A stretch of 64,000 nucleotides of DNA from Trichosphaerium sp. ATCC 40318 (GCA_038496445.1 JALMLS010000397.1:248001-312000), one strand, 5' to 3'; numbered from the stretch's first letter, positions 13,374 to 27,500 are shown. The notes: a model not told the origin generated them from the sequence alone. Program-made: numbers and translations.

Positions 13374-14779
13374 TTAATTATGTTCTATTGTACGCCTTTT
13401 AGATAGTCCATTTCTTATTATGGTATCAAAACAATCAGCAACTAGAGAAAAGGAATCAGCGATGACAAGAGAGAAACAAATTCACAAAAAATGGACTCTT
13501 TGCTTTGTCCACAATGTATGACATTATTACACTAACCTCCTTGTCCAGTAATAGCTGATACCTCAAAATATTTGCATTTATGAAGCAACGCACATTGTTT
13601 TGCTTCTTTGTCAAGAACCTGAGTAAAGATTTTCAGTTCAGATTTTTTTCTTGGTTTTCAAAACAAAAAAGAGTTGTCGTCTTATTGTTACAGACTGTGA
13701 ATCAGCTAAACATGTATTTTAACAACGTACTTTCCTACTACCACGCTTATCGGACTTGTTGCCAACAAGATAGATAGGTCTTTTTGTAGCCATACCAAGA
13801 AGTAGTTTTACATATTCAAAGCTCTCAGTGGAAGTTATGTCAAACACAAACATTGTTCCTATACTTAATAGATCTAAATCATCATTCTAAAAAAATAGGA
13901 CTATCAGTCTAAATTCTTACTTCGTTAAAAAGACTACGTGTGAATATTCAAGTAAAGAAACTTGAACAACTTTTTTGTTAAGTTCCATCTCGAGGTTTAT
14001 TGTCTTAACGAACATTAAGTGAACGCTGAGTAGCCTTGAAAATTTACCTTTCTGAATGCTCTACCTTCTTTATAGTTTAGTACAATCTTATCCTCTACAA
14101 AGTAGTGACACAAGCTAGTTTTGCCTATGAAAAACCGATTAATAACTGCAAATGAAACGTATATTTTTGTTATTCTTTCGGCTGCTCTTTTCACTCCTCT
14201 TGAGTTTTTACAATGACGCATGGCATTGAAATTTTAATGATAAAATTCTTGCTTACCACAACCATCTAATCCAACTATATGTATGCGCACTGACACTTCA
14301 TGTAATTCTCTACAGAACGGTAAAAATACAGTTGTGTTCTTATTTTTTTTTGTTTTTTAGCCTGGTAACAATTCCGTACATATTGAATATCCGTTTATAC
14401 CATTTATCATACTCTTTCCATAAAACAAAAACACCTGGAGATATCTCAAAAGTGCGATACAAAGACTGCCCTTCAAATCCATGATCAGACTTAAAAGAGA
14501 GCTCTCCACCTTCCATTTTTATTTGCTTCATTTTATCACGTGGTATTCCATAAATAACGTTCTAAGCAATTATTTTAGAATCTCCATAGCCTATACATTA
14601 ACTGGTCGTACCTCAGTAATGATGTCATAGAATGTTATTTGCTTTGGAGTTACCTTGACACGCATTGTAACGTAATCTCGCTTAAAATAGTCGACAACCA
14701 TTGAAACTACGTTTCTATAAGATACAAACAAATTCCAACGCACCCAGAGTTGTATTAGGCTGTTCTGTAGTAAATCCAT
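13374..14779 (-). CDS. Divergent Ras-superfamily small GTPase with a ~130-aa N-terminal extension
   Basis: IVGLDGCG|KTSL P-loop, MFVFDITSTESF, IYLVGNKSD (G4), YFEVSAITG (G5); no DxxG and no CAAX seen. Confidence 0.7.
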
Positions 14780-15340
14780 CTAGTTTGCCTTCATGTTTAT
14801 TAACTCTTACAAGAAAGTCTCCACTGCAGAGAATAGCATTGTGGCATGCGATGAGAAGCTTTTTAAACCAGTTAAACTGAAATTTATCAAATCAAAACGT
14901 CAAACGAACTAACGCGAAGAGCAGGTGTGTGTATGATTGTAACGTGCCATCTTGAACAGACACGTTGAAGAACGGCCAACTGTAATGGCTCTAACAACTC
15001 TAGGATACCCACAAGTAATTCTTGGGGTAAAACCTCCATTGTCGCTTTTGTTTAGACCGTTGCTGACCACTTTTGACTTGTTACGCTACTGTTGATTGTG
15101 GCCACAACGCAATACAGTCCGGTGTACACACTCTAACGAAAGGCTTTCAATTGTCAACGTAAAAAGCCGGAAATGGCGATTTTGCTGTCAAAAAAAGTAA
15201 AAGACTTTTTTAAAGAAAACTCGACCATTTTCAAACAGGCTTTTTCTCGCTACATCATACCATAGTCACACTTGGTTCTCCTATAAGTAAAGGACTTGCA
15301 GTGGCAGAAATTACGTGGATATCGGCACTCACTTCAAACC

Positions 15341-17514
15341 TTAAGCAGAATTTATTTTCGTATACAAAAATATAAGTGACGCCAAAAGTGTGACACAAAC
15401 AAGTCTTTCTGAAGCCGATGATGATGTTGTTGGAGGTGTTGTTGTTATTATTGATATTGGTGTTGTAGTTGGTATTGTAGGTATAAAAGGTGGAGAAGGT
15501 GTAGGCACTAAAACAACCTGTCAAAATTATCATAAAAAGATGAAAAGTCAAAAGTGTACTTGGGTTTGGTGTTGCTGTTGGTTCTAATGTAGGCGCTTTC
15601 CTATCAGATACTGAAATTGTATTTGTATTAGGTTTATAGTGCATTTATGTATCAAAAAGAGACGTACTGCATGTTCCATTAGTATAGCAAGGAGACATTG
15701 TTTCTCTTTTCAAACATGGTATGAGAGACATATTACATCTATCACAATCCAATTGATTACAAGAAAGATCGCTATCTTGATATTAGCTCTATCCCTTTCA
15801 TGTACAATAACAACAAAAAGACTCAAATACTAAAATTGAATCGCACCATTGAAGAATTTCGCTGTATCCTTCAAACGTGTTTTCATCGGGACAAATATTT
15901 ATAAAGTTATTTGATACAACCCTAAATAAGATATAAAGAGAACAGCCAGTTGTATATATTGCAATTGGAAACTAAATATATGATAAAAAAAGCAACACGT
16001 GGTGCTTTACAAACAATTTTCTGTTTGTTCAAACTTTTTCTGACTGTCAGCAACGTACAAGTTTGTTAGACGTATGTTTACTTCAGGAATTCTACCGTGT
16101 ATGAAGTTACTGCTTATGTTCCTATGTCATTATTTTGTAAGTTAGTTTCTAACGCGTAAGGATGAACAAATATACTTACAATATCCTAATTTCGCCGTCG
16201 AATAACTGCTTTGGGATGGTCCCTGTCAATTGGTTTTCCTGCAAGTACCTACAATAAATAAGCAAATGCCATTTGCCTAGCGACATACAATTGATGTAGA
16301 GCTGGATAAGTTGCTGGGGGTATTGTACCAGATATTCTGTTTTTCTTAAAATGCCTGTACAACAAAAATAAAGGTTAACTGGTGTTTTAAAAGCACGTGA
16401 CGTACATTCGTTCCAAGTGGGGACTCTCCGAGTAAGATAAAGGAATTGTGCCACTTATTTTATTATTTTCTACTGCCCTTTATTACCTTTGAGTACACAA
16501 CAGATCAAGGGACTAACGTACAGAATTTGCATATTTTTGCTGAAAGATGCAGGCAATGTTGTGAAAAAGTTAAAACCACCCAAACTATCATTGGCAGTGA
16601 GTTTGAAATTATATCTGTTAGTGCTTACAAGGTACGTAAATTCTCAGCTTTTTCTAACGCTTGAAGGGAACCAGATAAAGCATTGTGACTTACATACCTA
16701 AAGTAAAACAATAATCTTTTAAAAAATTCTCATGATGCTAAACAAGATAACGTACAATATAACCAACATTGGTGATACTGCCTTCAACGGTCCGTAAAAC
16801 ATATTGTTATTAAGGTATAAAACTAAAAGTGTTGAGGATGTGCCAACAAAATCAGGCAAATATCCAGTAAGGAAATTATATTCCAGCAGCCTATTTTCTT
16901 GCTTAGCAAAAAACACATTAATCAGTCTATTTTCGTACAGTTGCTTAATAGTAGGTGAAATAGTATCTGGTAATGTTCCAGAAATGCTTGTGTTCCTTAT
17001 GAGTATTTTTGATAAAGGTGCGTTAAGCAGTGTTTGCGGAATTGTTCCATAAATCCCTTGCTGGTCATGTATTGTACTGAAAAGGGTAAGTAAAAAATGT
17101 ACTCTTGATACCTTTCACACGTACAACGAAGTAAAGTTAGAGTCAATCTGATCAAATATGTCTGGAATGGTACCATGAAGTTGATTTGGATATGCAAACG
17201 AGCTACTTGTTGTAAGGAACGTATCAAGCGGAATTGAAAGTACAATTTGGTGACAACACTCCCTGAGCACTCTATGAGTCGGCCTAGTGGGGAAGGATAT
17301 TGGAAACCACCACACCAAGAATCTACATCAGTGGTATTTGCCTGGGCAGGCCAGCCAGAAAAGCTTGCTAGAATAGAGTGTTGGCAAGACAAACGAAAAT
17401 GTTCATACCAGCAAACTGTCTCAAGAAGTTTACATATTTTGGAGATAGTTTGGTTTGTACTGAACTAATCGAGCTTGTAACAATCAAAAACAGAAGCAAG
17501 AGTATTGGATTCAT
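15341..17514 (-). CDS. Secreted LRR cell-surface protein with Pro/Thr stalk and probable GPI signal
   Basis: Signal peptide MNPILLLLFLIVTSSISS; plant-type LRRs (NQLHGTIPD, IYGTIPQ, NFLTGYLPD, NQLTGTIPK); PT-rich stalk; tail SSSASERLVCVTLLASLIFLYTKINSA*. Confidence 0.78.
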
Positions 17515-17527
17515 TGCGACAAGTGTT

Positions 17528-17763
17528 ATGTAATATAATAATACTGTTACTTTGTAACACATACTCACTGAATAGCCTTTGGTCCTCACGTTACGATAAA
17601 AAGTGTATTTGATGAATAGCCTTTGAAGTTAAGAGGCTATTTGATGTAACATAATAATGCAGTTGTACTTTGTCAACACATACTCACTGAATAGCCTTTG
17701 GCAACTCACGTTTTATGATAAAAAACTGTATTTAGTGAATAGCCTTTGAGGTTGAGAGGCTAG
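17528..17763. repeat. Diverged ~116-bp tandem duplication with four exact TGAATAGCCTTTG motifs directly upstream of the LRR gene
   Basis: Units 17528-17643 and 17644-17763 align; motif at 17569, 17613, 17688, 17736. Confidence 0.9.
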
Positions 17764-17897
17764 CCATAGGAGCGGTTTTAACATACATTCTGTAACAATA
17801 ACATGGCAAGCATCCCTTTTGAGATAGTCACAGAACATGATTCTAAGTTGTTCAATTTCTTCAGCGATAACACTTACAGGCGTTTGTTGTACTTTAT

Positions 17898-20800
17898 TTA
17901 CAAGACATCGTTGTGATAGCTATTACTAGCAGGTCGTATACGCGTTTTACGAAGTGTCCAAGGCATGCACGCGTGCCTCATACAAGGTATATAAATTATA
18001 CCAAAAATAATGAGTACAAAAACCTACTCGCAGAAGTTACGAAAGAAATAGGAAAAAGAAGTATTGTTACGCACAACAAGTAGAATTCCTAGTACTACTC
18101 CAATAATGATGGGTAATGTATTGCCATCTTTGCATTCATCAGTAGGAATTGTAAGCACATCCAACCTACAAACAACAATGAATACAAAAAGCCGGTAGAG
18201 CCAGGTTCCTTTGTTTTGAAAAAAACGCACTTTGTGCTGTCCACTTCTTGTAGTGTATCAACGCAATCATCACTTATCACCTCTACGCTTCCATTTATAC
18301 AAGATGATTGAATCACAGTGAACCTCATCTCAGAAGATTGATCAACTCCTGTGACATCAACAATAAAAGTACTGTTTGGATGAATAAATAGACAGCCTTC
18401 CAAAAAAAAAAATGAGATCATGTTTGTCAGTTGTTTTACTTGCTCGCACCTGTTACTTCTAAAGTGCCTCCATCCTGTACGATTACTTTAACGTCCCCAA
18501 AGTTATTAAAGTCTCCATTAATGACTACAGGTGTTGTGATGACAATAGTGATTGGATTGATCACGTCTGTATCAATAACACAAGGAGATATACTATCATC
18601 ACACTGCAGACAACTTGTATTACCGCAAGTCACTACAATAACCTTAGTACAAATTTAACCTACGTTGTAATAGTCCGTACATGTATCGTCTACTACAGGC
18701 GCCTGTGGAGCTGAGAACGGAGACTGGGTGGGAAAAAGTGTTGGCGACAAAACTGGCGATGTTGGCTCTTCTGAAGGCGATTCTGTAGGTGCTTCTGAAG
18801 GTGACGTTGTTGGAAATCCAGGAGGAGGTATAAATATTCCACAGGCCAAGTAAGAACCAATGAAGGGATGTGAATATTCGACAGTTTCTAAACAGTCCGT
18901 CTTTGGATGTTATTACAAATTTATTTGATGTACCATTTCCACAACATGTATTTGAATTACAATCAAAGCATTGTAAGGGCACTATTTTACAAAATTAGTT
19001 AGTAATAAAGAACTTCTTACTAACAAAAACCACTTCAAAGCCTTGCGAAAGGAGATAGATAGAAATTTATACATTAAAACTAATTGTTATAGCAATTAAT
19101 AATAAAGTGCCACGACTTTATGATCACGTGTAAACAAAAGTGCTTTAGGTTGGGGTGTACCTACTGGCTCGCATGATGGTTGCACTGTGGATGCATTGCC
19201 ACATATATGGTTGTTATCTTCAGCAATAAAAAATCCAGAATTTTCACAATCAACGTTACTGTCTGTCACTAAATTAAGATTTTGCGTTAGTTCAAACAAC
19301 CAAAAAAAAATGATAATTCTTGTTGTTACCTATGTCTATCCTTGATATTTGTACAGTATTCCTGTTATTATCACAAATAAATTAAAGACTGCTTTGTGTA
19401 TATAAATGCAGTAGGCGTACGATAAGGTCACGTTAGCATTGTTTGCGTAAATGGTTTGTCCAAATACCCCAATACTAGCAACAAAAAAGTTAGTGGAATT
19501 GTACCACGATCTCCTTTCTAAAAGTTAACCTACTTTCTTACTTACGTATTACACTCATTTAGATTAAATGCACATGATGTTAATAGTAAATTAGACTTTG
19601 TACTTATTCCACAACCTTTATACTCTTAATTTCAGAAAAAAACCAGAAAAATAGTTTAAAATGTTTTTTTATTGTACCTGTTCCCGAAAACCTCCTTGAA
19701 TCCATAGGAGTATTTATAGAATTTCTCACAAACGCTGTGTTCTCAATAAAAGCATAGTTAACACCAATCCCTATATTCAACGCTCCACCAAAAGCAGACA
19801 CTTGTAGGTAGCATTAAATTTCTGTCAAAAAGATATTTGTTTCTTTACCTGTTTCCATAGAGATGTTCATTGAGTTTAATGTGTTATTTTCAAATAAACA
19901 TGCGTTCATTGTAAACTAAAAGAAGCTCAACTGTTTAATCCAATGTGATTGTTAGGTAGCTAGTTTTTAACTTGTTCGTACATTAGCAACATTTTCAATA
20001 TCTAGACCACCTCCTAAACAGAGTCAAGATTACAAACAACCAAAAAAACAACAATATATTCTGGGGTTTTTGGCTTACCTATCATAGTTTCTAGGTTGTC
20101 TGTGTGTATGCTATTACGTATAATTTTGGTCGTAGTTATATCTACAACATCTGCTCGACTAATGTACATACCACCACCACTAAGCACTTCACCATCAACA
20201 TCTCTAACCAACATGTTGTCCGAAATAACCACATCCAAAATAAACACGTTCACACTAATTACAACACTTGTAAGAGAATACAATAGATAAAATGCCAGTA
20301 CCAAGAGTCTATCGTAATTGCACCATGAGCAAAACTACTAGTGGATAAAGAAGTCACATCCCTTATAGTTGTGTCGCTAGCGTCAAAAGGTTATACTTGG
20401 ATTAGGTTTTTTTTTTAACTAGCGCACGTGACACGAAGCGTTGATGCGCCTGCTATGACCAAAGGCCCACAAGAAGAGAAAATAACGCCGTTAATAGATA
20501 ATTCATAATTAGATGCGTTAATTCGCACTGTAGTATTACAAGTAACCTCTACACCGAATCGTGCTACGTTAAACAAAGTGTAAACCGGAGAAAGCAAAAA
20601 CATCAAAAAAAACGCACAAGCTTTGATAAAAGTATTGTTTGAAAGATCTACGGTACTGTTGGCAAACCACGTGTGATTAAAGTCTCCAAGGGTGATGTTA
20701 TTGTATCCTTCTAGAATATAACAGGCTATATCACCACCACAGTCGTCCATTGGGTCCGTGGTAACTAAAGCACGCCGATTAGATAACATTACAAATTTGG

Positions 20801-20920
20801 TTCAAGGTGCGGTTGTTTATCACGTGTACCATTTTGAGCATTCGATAGCGTAAAGAACGCGATCAAAGCGCATAGGAGATAAATCGCTTGTATTTGTTGT
20901 TTCTGCGTAGATTCCGCCAT
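17898..20920 (-). CDS. Type I membrane protein: parallel beta-helix (Pmp/pectin-lyase-like GG repeats), Cys-rich segment, Pro/Thr/Ser stalk, TM, short tail
   Basis: First exon MAESTQKQQIQAIYLLCALIAFFTLSNA (signal, absent from ORF track); SGGGMYI, GGLDI, FGGALNI with FxxN repeats; PTTSPSEAPTESPSEEPT; TM LPIIIGVVLGILLV|VFVLIIFGIIYI. Confidence 0.72.
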
Positions 20921-21019
20921 CTATTCAAGTATTTAGAGATAACTGACCGCCCTGTGATGAAGGGTCTTGAATTTCTGGACAATAACGCAATATGAGTACA
21001 CAACTGTTTTCTATGAACT

Positions 21020-21284
21020 AGAGAAGGAAGAATTCTTGAATATCCAAATGCTATACAGAGGTCGGTATGTGCTTTGTGGTAAGAACTAGGGGAAATTACT
21101 TTGTGCTGCTCTAACATATGGCTTAAAAGAAAAAGGAATAAGCACAATATTACGAATCTTGAAGGATTGAAAGCATTGGCTTATGTGTACACGATTAAGT
21201 TATGAAATTGCAGGAATAATATTACGTACTACGGAATCAAGGCATTGGCTGGTGTACACGATTAAAGTATCAAAATGTGACACC
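21020..21284 (+). pseudogene. Relic of the F-box/LRR (GxKALAGVH) family
   Basis: One frame reads ILEYPNAIQRSVCALW*ELG...ITNLEGLKALAYVYTIKL*NCRNNITYYGIKALAGVHD*, matching the repeats of the genes at 37375 and 49269, with internal stops. Confidence 0.75.
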
Positions 21285-21566
21285 ACGTCGTAGCAATAGC
21301 CTACGTATGATTTTACCCTTAAATGAGCATCAATTGTATGGTATACTCACAGCGGGGTTCAAAATGCAAGGCATTCATGTATCGTTTCGTAAAAACATCC
21401 TCTTTATAGTTGAAAACACGTGACCTTTTACGGTGTTTTGTATAATTTTATTGGTATCTTTGTACAACGGGAAAAATTGTAATAGAGGAAAGGGCATGGT
21501 AAAAACCAAACCTTTTTGTGTTGGGTTTTTTCTTTTTTTTTTGGTTTTAGTTTCTCTTTCTCTCTC

Positions 21567-24500
21567 TTATAACATATCTGCCATTTTCATTTGTGTCTCT
21601 AGAAGACGTTCACTTACAGAAGCAAGAGCTTGTTCAAGTGATGCACGATCCTTTTGAGACTCTGCTAACTCTTGTTCTAGCTTTTCGTAATTTTTTAGTT
21701 TTTTGATTATTTCATCTGTTAATATTTTTGTTTCATTGTTTTCTATTCTCAAAAGTTGAGTTTTCTGGTGCTCTAGTAACTCTAATGACTCCTCTACTTG
21801 CGCAATATTTTGTGATAATTGTGGTGAAGACTTTTTATCGTATAGAGTTGATAAAGAAGAGTGTACACGCATCATTACTGCTGCATTTGTGGTATTCGAA
21901 ATCTAAGAAAAAATCAGGAGAAAAAAAATTCTCTACAGCACAGACAGTTTGATAATTTTGGGTATGATTCATAGATTTTATCATTTAAGTATAGTTGTAT
22001 TAAAATAGAATAATATTGAAGGAAAACAGACGATATATCGAACGAAAACAATAAAACACAAAAAGTATTCTCTTTTTTTTTCGGATTTTTTGGGTGTACC
22101 TTTGGAACGTAAATACGCTTGCTATCGAACATAACAGTCTTTGATGACTTTTTCTTCGTTTCAACAAGACCAATACGTATCAATTGTGTACCAATATCTG
22201 TACCTTCAGAACGTTGTGCAAGTTTCTTTACATCCTTAATATAAGTAACAATATCCTTGCCTTAAAGAATCAATGAGAATTTTGCTATTGAAGTCTCCAA
22301 TGGTTGTCAGACGTACCAAAAAAGCTTATACAGTTATCATCAGATTTTAATTGTGGTACTTTAACTTTGAGTGTCTTAAACAATGTGTCTAATTCAGCAC
22401 GTCTTAATTTACCAACCTAAACGTAAAATAAGAACCAAGCTACTTGAAAAAAAATATTGTTCTGAAGAAGACTGTGCGCACTGATGGCGCTCAAGCCTCG
22501 TTTTTCACTCTTATATAGAAACACCATGTTGGCAGTATTATCACCAAAATTATGAGTTGTTGAGTCTTCGCTTCAACCAAAGAACAACAAAACTTTTCGA
22601 TAAAATGATTTCGTACCCTCATTTCATAGATACCATCTTCTGCAAATGTTTTACCCTTGAGCGTTCTGAAGAATCCTACATCAACCAACCTTTGACCAAG
22701 TCCTTCTGCCATAGTTCTTGTAGGTAGATTCAAGCTTTCTACCATCCAACGCATAGCTTCAGTACCTTGATAACGTTTTTAGTACAAACCACAAACAGTA
22801 TTTAAAAAAATAAGAGCCTCTTTACCTGCTATAGCATGTTCAACTGTACGTGATGCTCCATTCTTGCCCTTCAAGTTTACAACAGTTTTATGAATTGTTG
22901 TATCAAATTTCATGCGCAAGACAATGTCATAGCACTAAGTAAGTGTGAGTAAAAATAAAAACTTTAGCTAAAATTAAGGATGGCGTACATGATGAGACTC
23001 TAGGTCATAAAAAGGTAGAGAAGCGTCTGATTGAACTTTAGCAGCCTTGGCTACCTTTGCAATCTTGGCACGCTCTGATTTAATTGTATCTAACACACTC
23101 TTTACTGTAGCAACTTTAACCTAAAGCAGAAAATCGATTAGACATTTGACACTCACTTTCTAGATGTGGTGTACCTCTAGACCTTCAATGAGCGCCTTTG
23201 TGCTTCTTGATACGTCATGTGAGCGCGCATCATGTAAGGTAACATCTTGTTGTAGTTGCTTAGCATCAGCTTCTTTTGTATCCCTTGGAGATTCTGGTTT
23301 TTCTTCTTTGGCATTCGCCTTTCGCTCTTTCCACTTGCTTCTTCTGTCTTGTACTGTACCAAGAACCTTTGATGCAAGTCCCTTTACCAATGATCCTATA
23401 GAATCTGAATTGCTTGAGGAAACAAACAGTTGAGGGGCAGGTTCTGTGCTCCTAGAGTAAAAAGTTAAAAAAAGTAAAATCTTGAATTCAATTGAGCCAA
23501 ACATACACATGGAACTCTGGAGCATTCCACTCCTCTGGAGTACGTCTTTTGCGTATCATCTTCAATAGCAGACCAAAAGGAGGTGCTACAGGCTCATCTT
23601 TTTGTTGTCTACCCATTATTTTTTCAAACTGTAACGAAGCAGTATCCTAGGAGAAAACTGTTAGTTTTTGTTTTTTACTCACATAAACAGTTCTACTCAC
23701 AATACTCTTTTTTCCTAGCCCACACAAAACACCTTGCATTTATTTTGCTATAAACACTAGCGTTTCAAGGTTGGGGAACAAAAGAATATCATGTGAACTC
23801 AAAATGGTTTGAACCACGTACTGTTTCTTCTTCAGTAGTTCTATTGACTTGGATTTTCTCAACAGAGAATGGTTTTATTACTTCACCATCATCATCTCTT
23901 CCACCAATAGATAGACCAAGAAGCTGTATTGTTCCTGTACTTGGAGATCCTCCAAACGCAATATCTATTCAAACAAAATTAGCAAAACAAAAAAACTTGA
24001 ACTCATGCGCAACGTTACCTTTGAGTAGTGTGATTATATGTTTGTGGTCTTGTTCATCAGTAAGCTTTCCACCGAATTCAGATAGTTGGTTCACCATAGC
24101 ACTATTCTTGAGCTTCATGAGCATACCAACTTGTCCGGAACCATAGTTCTTTGCCCATCCATGAAGACTGTAAATATGACGTAGATCAACAAGTATATTT
24201 AGTTTTCTCATTGCTCCGTCCACTTTAGCATTTGCTCCTTGCTTGTTTTGAAGCATATCACAACGAAGTTGGAAGAACATCTTATCCTCTAGGTCACCTA
24301 GACGATGTACAGATACTAGAGAGTGTTCTTCTTTATCACGTAAGTGTAACTAAAGCATATCACGTCAGCTTGCTCTTGAAAGGTGTTATTTTTCCGTACT
24401 TGATAGTCTTCTATACATCCAAGAAGTAGACCACTTCCATTACTCATTTCATGGCCTTCAATGATCGCATGACATCCAGAAACTGTTATATCTGCAAGTT

Positions 24501-27500
24501 TAAGCTCTTTTCCTTCTTCTTTGTGTAATAGACATTGATGTATACGTTTAACACTGCATAGAATAAAGTATCTAACCAGTAACACGTCAGTAGGAAAAAA
24601 TAACAGTGAAGATTGTTTTTTGTACGAACCTATCTCTTTTTTCTTCTTTTGTTTGTTTTTTGTCGTCTTTTCTCTTTCCTGACGTCAAGACACGTTTTAT
24701 AAAAGGTAGCTTCTCTAGTATTGTATCTAGTACATTTTGTGGTAATGGTCTGTACAGGTGTTGATCAACAAAGTCAAAAAGGACGCTGTAGCTTATTGAG
24801 AGTTAAAGAAAAAAATAAGTAATAAGTTGTAAGGATTCAAACTTTGTGGATACTATTCAGCTTGGTTTGTTTGAACTATATCATCTATAATAACTGAAGC
24901 AAAGCTACAAGGCACATTCTTATCCTCCTACAAATCAATTAAGAGTCAATTCACATGACTGAAAGATAAGAGGGAAAAAACAAGGCAAGAAAAATAAACA
25001 TCTATGAACAACGTACAGGTTCCTCAACAAAGTGTTGATAGTATCCATTAATGCCTTTAACAAAAAGTAATGGCATTGCTCTAACAGACTTTGGAGTAGG
25101 TAATAACTCAACACCTACGCTCTCGACGGTTGCCTTGAACGAAACGTTAGACGAAAGTTAAATAAGAGAAAAAAATCATACAAGGTACTGTCTTGTATCC
25201 TGTGGTGTCTTGCTTGGTAATCCTTTGGCACCATAGGTGGCGTAGTAATCTATTATTAAATAAAATTAACTAAAAGTGATGGAAACAGAAAGTACGAGTA
25301 CCACTATCGTTCACAAGTTGAGTCTTTTTGATAGTATCCGGGAAAGATGCCGGTTTAATATCGCCAACATTTTTGATACATACTAGAACCCAAGCGTTAA
25401 TAATTAAGTGACATGATGATCAGTATAAAAACGTACATTCACGCATAACAAATGATACAGTTGGTGAAGGCTTATCTTTGTCTGGAGATGTCAAATTAGC
25501 AAAAACACCTTTGACCTAAACAAGCAATTAATATAAGCTTCGTTGATATAAACTGCTCACCGATAGATCAAGAGCAGGTGCTCGGTCTATTCCATCGTCT
25601 TCTGTGTCTTTGTCTTGCTCTGGAGCAGGAGAAGCGGTGCTTGGTAGTGCTTTTGGAGTATATACGCCTTCACTTGGTGGTTCTGACTTTTCACCTTTCA
25701 AGGATATTCCTTGAAGAGCTCTTGAGAATATAGTCAATGCTGTCTCAACGATATCTCGCTCTACATTAACCTAATAACGCCATAAGTACACTAAGAGACA
25801 CTGTGATAAATAGACATACCACAACAAAGCCAGCACGTGTTGCGAGTTCAAAAAGAGGTTTTAAAGGTGTAGCAGGATCTGGTCTTATTAATTTTGCTAA
25901 AAGTAAGAAAACAGGTGATAAGTCTTGCTCTGGTTCTAGTGGGTGAGATTTTTCTTCCAAGAAAGGTAAAGATAATTCAATTGGGTTGTCACCACTAGTA
26001 ATACGTTAATCAGGATGAGAATACGTTAATTTGTTTATCATACGCTGTTCTAGGGTCGTTGAGAGTCATGTATACGAGTTTATTGTCCTTTGAAGTGAGT
26101 GCGTTCCTATAATTTTCTTAATTGTTTGAGAAGAAATTTTGACGTACGAAATTGTAAAGGTGCCAAGTTTTAGTTGGATAATTGTTTCATTACTTGGTTT
26201 TTCTATTGGTTTTATGATAGATACTGATACATTAGATGCACCAAACTCTATTGCACCTAGATTCTCTTCTTCTATTTTTACTACTACACGAGAAAGAAGT
26301 ACATTGAGAATAATGTCACATTGATTCAAAACAGCGTTCTACAACAATAAAAAGTCAGAAAACAAGGTTTGGATTCAAAGTCGTACTGTTGGAACGTCAG
26401 GTTTACGTTTTGGTTCAGGAATATCTGGCCTACTTGCTAAGTAATAAAATCCTCGAAGGCATGACACTTTGAGTTACATTAGTGGTCACCAAGCTGAAGA
26501 AAAAAAAAAAAGAAAAAAGAATTCCAAATATACGATACTCGAGACTACTCTATTGAGGTTGGTTACGTACATAACATGCCAAGAGTTTTGACATTAAGTT
26601 CTATTTGACATAAACTAGCATTCAACGAAAGTTGAATAGCCAATATTTCAGCAAGAGAGCGTCGTTTCTGCATAATCTAAAGGAAAGAAAAAATAATTAA
26701 TCACCTTGAATTAATTGGGAACATAAATTACGGTTTTGAGGACATACGTTCGCAGTTATAGGTACATCCTTCAATAACATTACTGCTTTTTCTTCTTTTT
26801 CATGCTGAGATTTTATAGATAGCGACATATTCATCGATAAAACTCGGAAATTCCAAACAAAGTCTTTATCTGTTCTTGAAAATTCTCTAGTGTCGTTCAT
26901 AGATACTTCTTTCCAGTATTCATCTGTTGTAACAATATGAACATCACGAAGATCAAATATAAGCTCAGGAGGAGTCCTATAAGCCATTAGATGACTTTCT
27001 TTACGCGATATTTTATTAAAAACGTACCAAGCGCCTACAGATTCTGTTTTAAACTGACCAAGTGTGCGTTGATGAACGCAAACGTGTTTAATCTTTATTT
27101 CAATGCCATCTATAATTTTATCTATAAAGTTATGTCTTTTTCTATCACCACGCTCTTCTGATGCAATATCAGATGTACTAGTACGATTATAAGTAAAATT
27201 GTAAATGTACTGATTTTCGCTACGCGAAAGGAAAAAAAAAAACCACAAAGGCGTAAACATACTCAATAGGCTCAAAGCTATCCATTTTTTGAGTGTCAAA
27301 CTTGACAGGTTCCCCAATTTCGAGTTCTAGCTTGTCTATGGATATAACCATTGCCTGTTGCGCGTCAGTTAATGGTGTATAATTAGTAATAGAGTACCTG
27401 AGACTTTATGCTGGTGAAGGGAACCTGGAAACAACTCGTTAAATACTGTTAAAGGAAGAGCTACACTACGGGTAGTATTGTATAACTGTGTAGAGCGTTT

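Noticed and set aside
15390-15587. TM-like + strand ORF (VVGGVVVIIDIGVVVGIVG), and the similar - strand ORF at 30234-30566
   Set aside because: Antisense shadows of Pro/Thr-rich stalk codons.
17528-17763. CRISPR-like array
   Set aside because: The repeats are only 13 bp, the spacers are homologous in pairs (a duplication), the context is eukaryotic and there are no cas genes.
23790-24560. cNMP-binding domain in the Chorein_N protein
   Set aside because: No phosphate-binding cassette; the sequence reads as generic beta-rich bridge region.
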